From positions 1-64,000 of IMG/VR virus record IMGVR_UViG_3300049324_000002: a DNA stretch of 64,000 nt. One strand, 5' to 3'. Made by a program: the position numbers and the translations under genes. Numbering within the stretch: the stretch's first letter is position 1; every line of letters begins with the position of its first letter. The DNA comes from a virus. Below are positions 42,551 through 51,084 of this stretch, one piece after another. The notes below the pieces were generated by a model that saw only the letters and a list, made by a program, of their open reading frames with translations, did not search any database and was not told the DNA's origin.

Positions 42551-42630
42551 TATCGAATCCCTCAGCTCAAAAGTAGAAACACACGACTGACTTCTGAGCT
42601 ATGGCATTCATTGCTCAACGCCCAAAGGCG

Positions 42631-42897
42631 CTAGCCCTCAGATGGATGTTCGGCGCCACTGATCGCAACACGAAGAATCTCTGTCTCCACCAACTCACCA
42701 AGAATATCAAACCTATGCAAAATCAACTTAATGTCAGAATGCCCTTCAGAACGCAATCTACGACGGCAATCCTGGCAAGCCATCTCCAAAAGATTGCCAG
42801 ACGTCACTTCAGGTTGCTCACCACTCACACGCAACTTAGCCAGTAACTTACGTGGCCCTAAAGGACAACGCAAAGAAATCTCAGAAGGGGCAGTCAC
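42631..42897 (-). CDS. Com-like zinc-ribbon protein
   Basis: LRCP...KLLAK...EMACQDC. Confidence 0.5.
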   Translation of the reverse strand: MTAPSEISLRCPLGPRKLLAKLRVSGEQPEVTSGNLLEMACQDCRRRLRSEGHSDIKLILHRFDILGELVETEILRVAISGAEHPSEG

Positions 42898-44102
42898 TAA
42901 GACACCTTGTCCAAAGCACTACGGATATCCGAGTCACGAACAACAGCCGACCCGGCCCCCGAACGGCACGAACGCATCAACGACGCAACCTCTAACCCAC
43001 GCCCACCGGCCAACACAGGAAGTCTCAACAACAATCTCTCTAAAACAGAATCCCAATTCATCATCGCAGGCAACACACGTGCGGCAGCCTCAACACGCGG
43101 CCTAATAGACGCACGATCCTTATACAAATCCAACATAATCTCTGACAAATGATCTACAGAAACTTTCGCTCCCTTAACACCAGGAGTAAAATCCTTCCAC
43201 TCAAAACTCACAGGCCACGCATACTGCGAAGACATCCACTGTGCATGCCCACCCATCAAGGGAGCAACCACAGCCCCACCAGACATAGCAAACTGCACAG
43301 CCGGACGATTCTTACCTTCACCCCACGACGGAGCCAACAACACATGACAAGAATTATACAAATCAAATAACTTATCTTCAGACCAAGACTCAGCAATAAC
43401 CTTCAACCCAGGACACCACTGCTCCATAGCAGGATGCAACCCAGGAAAAGTAGTCTTCAAAATCAACTCAGCATCAGCAAGCTCACCAGCATCGCGAAGC
43501 TGCTTAAACGCCTCAATAGCAACCCACGGATTCTTCCTCGTAGAAAGAGCACCAGCCATCAAAAACTTAAACGGACTAGCAAACCAATCACGCTTACACT
43601 CAAGAACCGGATCCACACCCCCCTGCAACACCGAAATATTATCACAATAAGGTTCCAACGCGCGGCGCGAAACCTCATCATAAGCAAGAACAGAATCGAA
43701 CCTATCCAAAGACTGCTTAAGATTCTGTCTCACATTAAACGCATGCTCACAATTATTAGGACCAAGCTCATCAACATTATCCAGTGAATCCCACTCCCAC
43801 ATCGTCCAGGCCAAAGCAACCGTAGACGCACACCAAATACCACACTGATCCGGCTTAGCCAACTCCTGAGGACACCTATGCGAAATAAGTAAATCAACCA
43901 TATCAGGAATAGGACGCGTCAAAGCTGCAGCAATATCCCTAGGCAGCGGAGGGAAGACAGAAGACGGAGCCAAAAACGTATCAGCACCCCACTGCTGAAA
44001 CGCACGAACAAGCTCAATCCCATCTTTACCGTAACCAGTTACTGAATTGGCAGGAGCAGAGATCAGTACTTTCATTAACCTACGCTCAGTCCGTAGTGAC
44101 AA
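42897..44102 (-). CDS. Glycosyltransferase (GT-B/GT4-like)
   Basis: TGYG, TMWE, RKNP, LYNSCHVLLAPSWGEG. Confidence 0.85.
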   Translation of the reverse strand: MSLRTERRLMKVLISAPANSVTGYGKDGIELVRAFQQWGADTFLAPSSVFPPLPRDIAAALTRPIPDMVDLLISHRCPQELAKPDQCGIWCASTVALAWTMWEWDSLDNVDELGPNNCEHAFNVRQNLKQSLDRFDSVLAYDEVSRRALEPYCDNISVLQGGVDPVLECKRDWFASPFKFLMAGALSTRKNPWVAIEAFKQLRDAGELADAELILKTTFPGLHPAMEQWCPGLKVIAESWSEDKLFDLYNSCHVLLAPSWGEGKNRPAVQFAMSGGAVVAPLMGGHAQWMSSQYAWPVSFEWKDFTPGVKGAKVSVDHLSEIMLDLYKDRASIRPRVEAAARVLPAMMNWDSVLERLLLRLPVLAGGRGLEVASLMRSCRSGAGSAVVRDSDIRSALDKVS

Positions 44103-44590
44103 ATAAGTTTCTTACCACCATCAAAATCTGCTACATCAAGCACATCAGGATGAGAAAGAAGCTGCGACCCCCACACCCGCAACCCCCTATCGGTATCCTC
44201 CCGACCCCACGTCTCATCGAAACCCATCGGGCGATGCAACTCAGTATCAAAAGGCTCCCACGCAGCCCACAACCGAGACTCAGCATCTCGTCTGACAATC
44301 AACCCAGCATCTCGGGACGCGTCTGCAATCAACTCCAAACGCAACCGAGGGAACCTCGCAGTGTTATGAGAATTCGGACGCGCCCACGCGCCAGCCACCG
44401 ACACCACCGCAGCCGTACTCGAACTCCCCTCAACCACCACACCAAACTCGTCATGGAACAACCACGTCGACGCCTCAGAACCCACCCCAGCAGGCCCCAG
44501 GACAGCCCGTACAGCCTCCACAGCCGCTAACCGGCGCCTAGCCGCCAACGCCACATCCACCGTGGCCGAAGCGACCAAAGGTAAAGTCAT
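44075..44590 (-). CDS. Tail terminator-like protein
   Basis: Synteny. Confidence 0.5.
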   Translation of the reverse strand: MTLPLVASATVDVALAARRRLAAVEAVRAVLGPAGVGSEASTWLFHDEFGVVVEGSSSTAAVVSVAGAWARPNSHNTARFPRLRLELIADASRDAGLIVRRDAESRLWAAWEPFDTELHRPMGFDETWGREDTDRGLRVWGSQLLSHPDVLDVADFDGGKKLICHYGLSVG

Positions 44591-44961
44591 TCCCTCATCC
44601 TAATATCCATCGACGTATACATAGCATTCTTTAAATCTTCGTGGATCAAGTCAACATTGCGAAGGAAGTCGTGCGATCCTCCTTTACCCATCTCAGCGCC
44701 AGCATACGTAACAGGATCATGAGGAAACCCAGGAGAATCCCCACCATAAGATATATCCCCACTCCACTCAGACTCTTTCGTCTCAAAATGAGTACGACCA
44801 GAACCCTTAAGAGAACCAGTAATAACGTGAACAATAGCCTGAGTCTCAGCAAAAGCAGTATCCATAATCGCTTCTAATTCAGCGACCGTCTCCTCACCCG
44901 GACCAGAGATCGCTCTTAACGCGTCTTTCCACTCATCCATATTAATGCTAATAGAAATCAC
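44587..44961 (-). CDS. HK97 gp10-like neck protein
   Basis: VHVITGSLKGS and YA..E motifs. Confidence 0.65.
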   Translation of the reverse strand: MISISINMDEWKDALRAISGPGEETVAELEAIMDTAFAETQAIVHVITGSLKGSGRTHFETKESEWSGDISYGGDSPGFPHDPVTYAGAEMGKGGSHDFLRNVDLIHEDLKNAMYTSMDIRMRE

Positions 44962-45365
44962 GACGACCGAACACCCGCAGCCACAGACGGGGGAAGCTCC
45001 ACCGCCTGCCCCTCGAGATGATGCAATCGAGACATACTAGTAGAAACATCAGGAGCGACACGAATCTGCCACGTACCAGTCACGGGGCCAGAAACACACT
45101 CAATGTGGTCACCAGGACGTAAATCAATATTGGGAGAAACCCAATAGGTAGCAACACGATCAGGAGTACGACCAGCCTGAGGAGGCATAGGGAAGTCTTT
45201 ACCGGGTCGGAAAAAACCGACCTCAAGTCTAATAGGCACTTCTTCAAGTCCTGCAACATCGCGCCATGCTGTAGTAAGAATTCCGTCCTGCATAGAAACT
45301 AGCGGGCGAGATACCTTAACCCGTGAAGGCATTAAATGAATGCCGATCATTATGAAAACGGCCAA
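44958..45365 (-). CDS. Head-tail stopper-like protein
   Basis: DLRPGDHI and HHLE motifs; synteny. Confidence 0.6.
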   Translation of the reverse strand: MAVFIMIGIHLMPSRVKVSRPLVSMQDGILTTAWRDVAGLEEVPIRLEVGFFRPGKDFPMPPQAGRTPDRVATYWVSPNIDLRPGDHIECVSGPVTGTWQIRVAPDVSTSMSRLHHLEGQAVELPPSVAAGVRSS

Positions 45366-45892
45366 TCATCAGGCTCCCAGCCTGCATGCTCAACAAAAGA
45401 ATCTCGCCCAGTATAAGGAGAACCTCTAAATCTATTTGTATCCGCAGGACCGACTAGAATCCTCTCACCATGAACTTCTGCAGTATCGTTATGCCGATCA
45501 TAAACATGAATCGAATTACTCTCAATCGCAAGCTCAGACCGCAACTGAGACACAGCCAAATCAAACCAAGCAACACCCGTAGGAATCCCCTGCAAAACCG
45601 CATTCTGTGCCAACGAATAAGAATAAGTACCAATCGTCTCCGTACGGAAAGGAGAAAACCGCAAATCACGACTATCCTGGCCCTCATAAAGAGCCTCAGC
45701 CATAGACAACACGCCACGATTAGCTAATCTAAGATTTAAACCTTCGTCAGGAAGCTCCGTCAATCCAGTAGCAAGCTCAAACAAATCCCCAGCCTGCAGG
45801 AGAGACTCAACAACAAAGCGCTTGTAGTAAATAGACTCTTTGCCAGTAAAATTAGCCAGGTCGACAAGAGTTAGTCCAGTATCCACGACCAC
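45350..45892 (-). CDS. Head-tail adaptor
   Basis: ETIGTYSYS motif. Confidence 0.7.
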   Translation of the reverse strand: MVVDTGLTLVDLANFTGKESIYYKRFVVESLLQAGDLFELATGLTELPDEGLNLRLANRGVLSMAEALYEGQDSRDLRFSPFRTETIGTYSYSLAQNAVLQGIPTGVAWFDLAVSQLRSELAIESNSIHVYDRHNDTAEVHGERILVGPADTNRFRGSPYTGRDSFVEHAGWEPDDWPFS

Positions 45893-45921
45893 TCCCCTAT
45901 CGAACTAACAAGCGCAACCTC

Positions 45922-46356
45922 TTAACGACGAGCCGCCGAAACAGGAGCGATAGCGCGAGGCTTCCTCCCACGCTTCAATTCCGCCTCCAACGAATTATCG
46001 TCAGCATATGGCTGACCCGGCCACGGGCCGTGACGGAAATAAATTCGGCCATAACGCTGCATCTGTCCACGGTCATCAAGATCCAACCAAGAATCCCCAA
46101 ACCGATCCATAGTATCCTTGTACACAACCTCGTCCGTAACATACTCGATCTCCTGTCCACGATACCAAATCTGGCCGTGCGCAGAAAATCCGTCTTCGAG
46201 AATGTGAATCAGGATAACCTGAGGCTCCTCAACGGGAACAGGAACCACATCAGGCTCAGAAGGAACTGGTGCAGACACAACGGAAGCCGGAGCGGCTGCT
46301 GGCGCAACAGCCGCGTCCGGTCCCTGCTTAGGAAAACGAATAGTATCGGGCATCAA
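45922..46356 (-). CDS. Hypothetical virion-module protein
   Basis: ORF after the capsid gene. Confidence 0.55.
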   Translation of the reverse strand: MMPDTIRFPKQGPDAAVAPAAAPASVVSAPVPSEPDVVPVPVEEPQVILIHILEDGFSAHGQIWYRGQEIEYVTDEVVYKDTMDRFGDSWLDLDDRGQMQRYGRIYFRHGPWPGQPYADDNSLEAELKRGRKPRAIAPVSAARR

Positions 46357-46381
46357 CGTGCTCCTTGGTTAATCAGTGATA

Positions 46382-47374
46382 CTAGACGCCCACGTTAGCG
46401 ACTAGGAACTGCTCAGGACGGTATACAACCGGCAAGAAATTATACTCCATCAAGTATTGGCGGAAAGACGGGTCATTCTCTTTCCACGTCTTACTGAACT
46501 TACCAGTGTGACCGTCAGGAGCGTCATCATCAGCGGAAGGACCCTCAAGGAACTCCATCGGACGATTGTCAGTCAGGTTAGAGAAAATCATGAGGCCCTC
46601 ATCCAAGAACCGAGTCTCAGTCCCATCATCAGTCTCATAGATTGACTCACAAACAGTCCAGTTCAGCCCCAAGAAGCCCGGGAGAATACCAGTCGAGTAG
46701 TACTCATCCCGCATACGGTCCGACATCAGACCGGCAGCGTTACCATTCGCCGCAAAAGCATCGAAGACCTGAGCGAGAGTATTCTCAGTAGTGAAAACCT
46801 CACGCACCGGAACCTGACCATCACGCTGAATCTGACGCTTCCACGCGCGCACATCCGCCATAATCTGCGGAACCGTAGCACTTCCCCACGCAATAGAAGC
46901 AGTCACCTGATGCGAGGAAGGGAACTTGTAATCGATATCAGCTTGCACATCCGGGAAGTCAAGCTGAATGCGGCCCTGCAGAGCCTTCCAAGCACAGAAC
47001 TCAACAAAGTTATCAAAACGAATGTTCAGGTCATTGATCTCACGGAGAACAGCCTGCTCTGCATTCGTCGCAGCAAGCTGACCAGGAGTCCGCAACCAGT
47101 GAATGGTCGTCGGCTCAAATATCTTCTTCTCACGCAAGTAAATGAAGGCTGCGCTTTCCTGCGACCGACCCAACCGAGGCACAACGTGCGCCTCGGAGTT
47201 CGGTACATTTGGCTTAGCCATCATACGGCTACCACGAATGACATCCCAGCGCGCAACCGGATAAGGCCACGGAGCACTAGAAAGTCTATTCTTCAAAATC
47301 AGCGTTTCCGGTGTTTGTAGTTTTTCTACAACACCCTTCAACACCATAGGCTCAAGCAGACCAATTTCCGGCAC
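46382..47374 (-). CDS. Major capsid protein (lambda gpE-like)
   Basis: 330 aa; E...WKALQG-I, IDY, C-terminal LPVVYRPE; synteny. Confidence 0.85.
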   Translation of the reverse strand: MPEIGLLEPMVLKGVVEKLQTPETLILKNRLSSAPWPYPVARWDVIRGSRMMAKPNVPNSEAHVVPRLGRSQESAAFIYLREKKIFEPTTIHWLRTPGQLAATNAEQAVLREINDLNIRFDNFVEFCAWKALQGRIQLDFPDVQADIDYKFPSSHQVTASIAWGSATVPQIMADVRAWKRQIQRDGQVPVREVFTTENTLAQVFDAFAANGNAAGLMSDRMRDEYYSTGILPGFLGLNWTVCESIYETDDGTETRFLDEGLMIFSNLTDNRPMEFLEGPSADDDAPDGHTGKFSKTWKENDPSFRQYLMEYNFLPVVYRPEQFLVANVGV

Positions 47375-47497
47375 TTCATCACCTCAAAGCTCGGGCTAGC
47401 AGCCAGCTAGCACTTGTCTTCATCAGCGAATCCTGTGCGGATCCCGGCCTGCACCAGACCCCTAAGGTCTCAACCGGTTGGCCTATCGATTTAATTA

Positions 47498-47908
47498 TTA
47501 GAAGGTGTAAGTTCCAAACACACTGTCAGTACGCGCATTAAGATCGACCAGCGCGGCAGCATCAGAACCGACAACCATCTCAAGCTTCAGAATGCCAGAG
47601 ATAACGACGTTACCCTGGTAAACACGAGCGTCAGAAGAACTATCTGTTCCAGTGTCAACGCCGCGCCGCAAAATACCGCGACAAACGTTAGCACCACCAG
47701 AACCACCATCATTGTACTTAACCCACAACTTGTCGGCAGTACGCTGAGCCATTGCCTGCCCGAGCGGGAGAATCCCCTGACCCGGGGCCAACGTCACACC
47801 CTTCTGCGTAAACCGCGCAGTCGAGTAAAGAAGCTCAGGATCATAACTAGTGTTACCCTTGTAAAAACCAGGCGCCGGGATAATATTGCCGACGTACTCT
47901 ACAGCCAT
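47498..47908 (-). CDS. Head decoration protein
   Basis: GVTLAPGQGILPLG...GIL pattern; upstream of the capsid gene. Confidence 0.75.
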   Translation of the reverse strand: MAVEYVGNIIPAPGFYKGNTSYDPELLYSTARFTQKGVTLAPGQGILPLGQAMAQRTADKLWVKYNDGGSGGANVCRGILRRGVDTGTDSSSDARVYQGNVVISGILKLEMVVGSDAAALVDLNARTDSVFGTYTF

Positions 47909-47949
47909 TACGCTCTTTCCCTCCGCCTAGCTCAAAAACTCGTTATCGA

Positions 47950-49164
47950 CTAAGACTTAGTTCCAACGTACTGAGCGGCGGCACCACCGGGAGCAGTCAA
48001 GCGCGCAATCTCCGCCTCGATATCAATTTCATGCTTATCGTGCTCTTTGCCCTGAGGAGCAATCCCCTGCTCAACACTCATCTTCACAATGGGCTCATCA
48101 GGAACAATCTGATCGAACATCTCACGGTTAGTGAGACACATCGTCAAATGGACCTCACGCTTAGCCGGAAGGATACGACCCTCACTAATAAGACGATCAA
48201 CCTCGATCTCAGCGTTCTTCGTCTCCAACGCAGCAATCCGACCATCCGAAGCAGTCTGCGCTGCAGACAAAGCCACGTTACGATTAGCCAACTCAGTCAC
48301 AGCCTTGACAACATCCTCGTCTGAAACACCATCAGACTTCGACAACTTGGCGCCTTCCTCCGAACCCGCGAGGGCAGCGGCCACCCGATCAGCAAGAGTG
48401 GTATCAACAGCAGAAAGCTTCACCTCAAGATCTGCAGCCTTCTTCTCTGCGACCTCAGAAGCAGTAACAGCGTCAGTGACAGCAGTCTCAGCAGTAGAAA
48501 GCTGAGTACGCAAAGCATCAACATCGATCTGGTGATCAGTGTTAAGCTCCGCCAACACATCCGCCAAAGGTCGCGGCACAGAAACCTCCTGAGAATCGCC
48601 GCTCATCTGAACAAGAACGGGCTCACCAAGGTCTTCGGCCGATGCAGCAACAACCGCCTCATATGGATCAAGACCTGTCACATAAGGACGATTAGTGACA
48701 GCCACGTGCAAAAGAGTAGGACCAACACGCTGGCCAGACTTCGAATCCTTATAATTCAAATGAAAAAACGCTGACGCACCAAGCAGTGTTTTACCAAAAT
48801 CATTAACATGCTTGCGAGCATCAACCAGAGCGTAAACCTTGCCAGTCGCCTTATTATCTTCAATACCTACGACTTCACCAAGATTCGCTGCTGGGTTCTC
48901 AACATGCGCATTCTGATCATTAGCGAGAGGAACCTGCACAATATCACAAACATTATTCGTAAAATTACGCTTCATCCTATCAATGAACTCATCATTGATA
49001 TCAATCTTCGTGCCAGTGACAGGATGGAGCAGCACACCCCTATTCAGGATATGCTTACGGTAAACCTTTCCCTGCACCTTCCGAGAAAGCTCGACCTCAG
49101 TTTCAGTATCCGTTGCCGTCCAGTCAGCATAAGGACTAGGAGCAATGATGCAGTCAGACGCCAT
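47950..49164 (-). CDS. Prohead protease/scaffold (Mu gpI-like)
   Basis: GPTLLHVAVTNRPYV, then coiled coil and GRILPA. Confidence 0.75.
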   Translation of the reverse strand: MASDCIIAPSPYADWTATDTETEVELSRKVQGKVYRKHILNRGVLLHPVTGTKIDINDEFIDRMKRNFTNNVCDIVQVPLANDQNAHVENPAANLGEVVGIEDNKATGKVYALVDARKHVNDFGKTLLGASAFFHLNYKDSKSGQRVGPTLLHVAVTNRPYVTGLDPYEAVVAASAEDLGEPVLVQMSGDSQEVSVPRPLADVLAELNTDHQIDVDALRTQLSTAETAVTDAVTASEVAEKKAADLEVKLSAVDTTLADRVAAALAGSEEGAKLSKSDGVSDEDVVKAVTELANRNVALSAAQTASDGRIAALETKNAEIEVDRLISEGRILPAKREVHLTMCLTNREMFDQIVPDEPIVKMSVEQGIAPQGKEHDKHEIDIEAEIARLTAPGGAAAQYVGTKS

Positions 49165-49760
49165 ACACCATTATTCGCCAACAACCAACCGAGGCCAATC
49201 AGCTACCTCATCATTGAACACTTCAAGATTAAGAAGACTACTACCGTCAATAACAAAAGTCTCTACCCACCGACCCTTACCATTAATATTCTCTTCCAAC
49301 CGCTGCGCGACAAAACCTCTAGGACTAAGACGAGCTTCAATAACTCGTGGTTTAGACTCCATCAGATGGATCCTTAGCATAGTGTTTATTACGTAACTCA
49401 TCGGCACACTCTACGCAAACTAAAGTAGGGACACCCTTAATTACCATAAGGACAGTAGCAGGCTTATTACATACCTCACTCTTAGGCACAGACCCGGCCG
49501 CGATAGAAACGGCCATATACTCCCACTCCATAGGGCAAGCAGGAACAGCATCCAAATAAGGCTCAGTCACAAACAAACACTATACCGCAGAATCGCCAGA
49601 ATCAGTAGCAGATGAATCTTCCGGCTCGTCCTTCACCACCGGCAACCCATCCCCATCCACCGCCAAATCAGGAGCAGGCGAATAACGACGCGTCTCGAAG
49701 AAATCGTCAGCCACAGACTCCAATTCGTCCATAGACGGTCCAGTCTGCATATCAGCGTCA

Positions 49761-51068
49761 CTATTCACTGACGGGCTGCTCACCGCTACCCACCCCCTCC
49801 CACTTCGCAAAAACAGACGGATCAATGTAAGAAGCCAGTGCAACAGTCGGAGTGTTACCAAGTTTCTCCGACACCGCCACAGCCACCGCGCGGCGAGCCT
49901 TCACCAAAGCCGCCTTATTAGATGGTACCGGCATAGCCTCCACCATAGCAAAAGCATGCAACGTGCCATGATACGTACGTAAATCCTTTAACTTAAACCC
50001 AGGAGCAACAGAATGTAGATAGTCTGCTGTCTTTCTCTCATTTGTGGCAAACACCTTATCCCCTGGTGCCTTACCAGCAAGTCTAGGCGTCAACATAGCA
50101 GCCAACTGAGGATCCTCAACAGAGAAAGAAAGATCTACACCCTTTTTACCAGTGAAATCGAGATGAACAGTCTCACCATCTACCTTAACGTGACCAGCAC
50201 GAAGATTAGTCGCACCAAACGCTTTCTTCTCTGCACCAGTATCAGAATCCGAACCCGGGCGCAACCCCAACCGCCGAATCAACATTAAAGCAGCGGCGTG
50301 GTCGTTGGTCGCTGAGTCACTAGAAATACTATGATCGATATCCCCAATATGAGAACGCAAAGTATTAATCCTCGCGAACTTCGCTGCCGCTTGCTTTTCT
50401 GAGTGCGCCGACGAATAGACATACTGAGAACGTCCTTTCGAGTCCATACCAACAGCCTGCAAAGCTGCATTAGGATCATCAGTAACCTGAACATTCGTCC
50501 AAGCTGGTGGCAACTTAATGCCATCCTTAGCAAGACGCTCATGATCCGCCTGAGACGCTACATGGAACCCCGCTCGAGCAGGCGCGGCAGGAGGTTCTCC
50601 ACTGGGAGCGCTCGGCGTACCAGGCGATTGTGCATCATTGTGGACAGGTTCAGAATGCGTACTAGAAGGACTACTCGAAACCGGAGCCGCGCCGGGGGCC
50701 TGTGAAATACTCTTAATCGTCACACCCTTATGGCCACGAGGATGAGGAGTAATCCGCTTACCAGTCTCACGATCATAATCGTAAGCTGACACTTCCTCAA
50801 TACCATGAGGAGTATGCCTCGCATGCGCAGGAACATGCACAATAGTAGCCTGCACCTCAAGCACATGCGTATCTAAAATACTATCTGGAATAGGGTTACC
50901 ATCTACATAACCCTCAATCCACATCTTAGCTTTAATTCTAGCTGACGGAGAAGCAGATTTGACGTCAAAAGGGTTGTCTGAATTAGGATTGCCGACCCGG
51001 GCGGCACGCACACCGTCACGGTACGCAGCAACCATATCCTGCTCAATCGACACCAGTTGACCTCTCAC
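49761..51068 (-). CDS. DNA topoisomerase IB with N-terminal extension
   Basis: PPAWTNV, DSKGRSQYVY; catalytic R (LRPG), K (GKKG), R (DLRTY), N (LGNT), Y (SYIDP). Confidence 0.92.
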   Translation of the reverse strand: MRGQLVSIEQDMVAAYRDGVRAARVGNPNSDNPFDVKSASPSARIKAKMWIEGYVDGNPIPDSILDTHVLEVQATIVHVPAHARHTPHGIEEVSAYDYDRETGKRITPHPRGHKGVTIKSISQAPGAAPVSSSPSSTHSEPVHNDAQSPGTPSAPSGEPPAAPARAGFHVASQADHERLAKDGIKLPPAWTNVQVTDDPNAALQAVGMDSKGRSQYVYSSAHSEKQAAAKFARINTLRSHIGDIDHSISSDSATNDHAAALMLIRRLGLRPGSDSDTGAEKKAFGATNLRAGHVKVDGETVHLDFTGKKGVDLSFSVEDPQLAAMLTPRLAGKAPGDKVFATNERKTADYLHSVAPGFKLKDLRTYHGTLHAFAMVEAMPVPSNKAALVKARRAVAVAVSEKLGNTPTVALASYIDPSVFAKWEGVGSGEQPVSE

Positions 51069-51084
51069 ACCAAGTAGTACCGCG

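Noticed and set aside
47408-47418. CTGATGA hammerhead-like core upstream of the capsid gene
   Set aside because: No stem II followed by GAAA could be found
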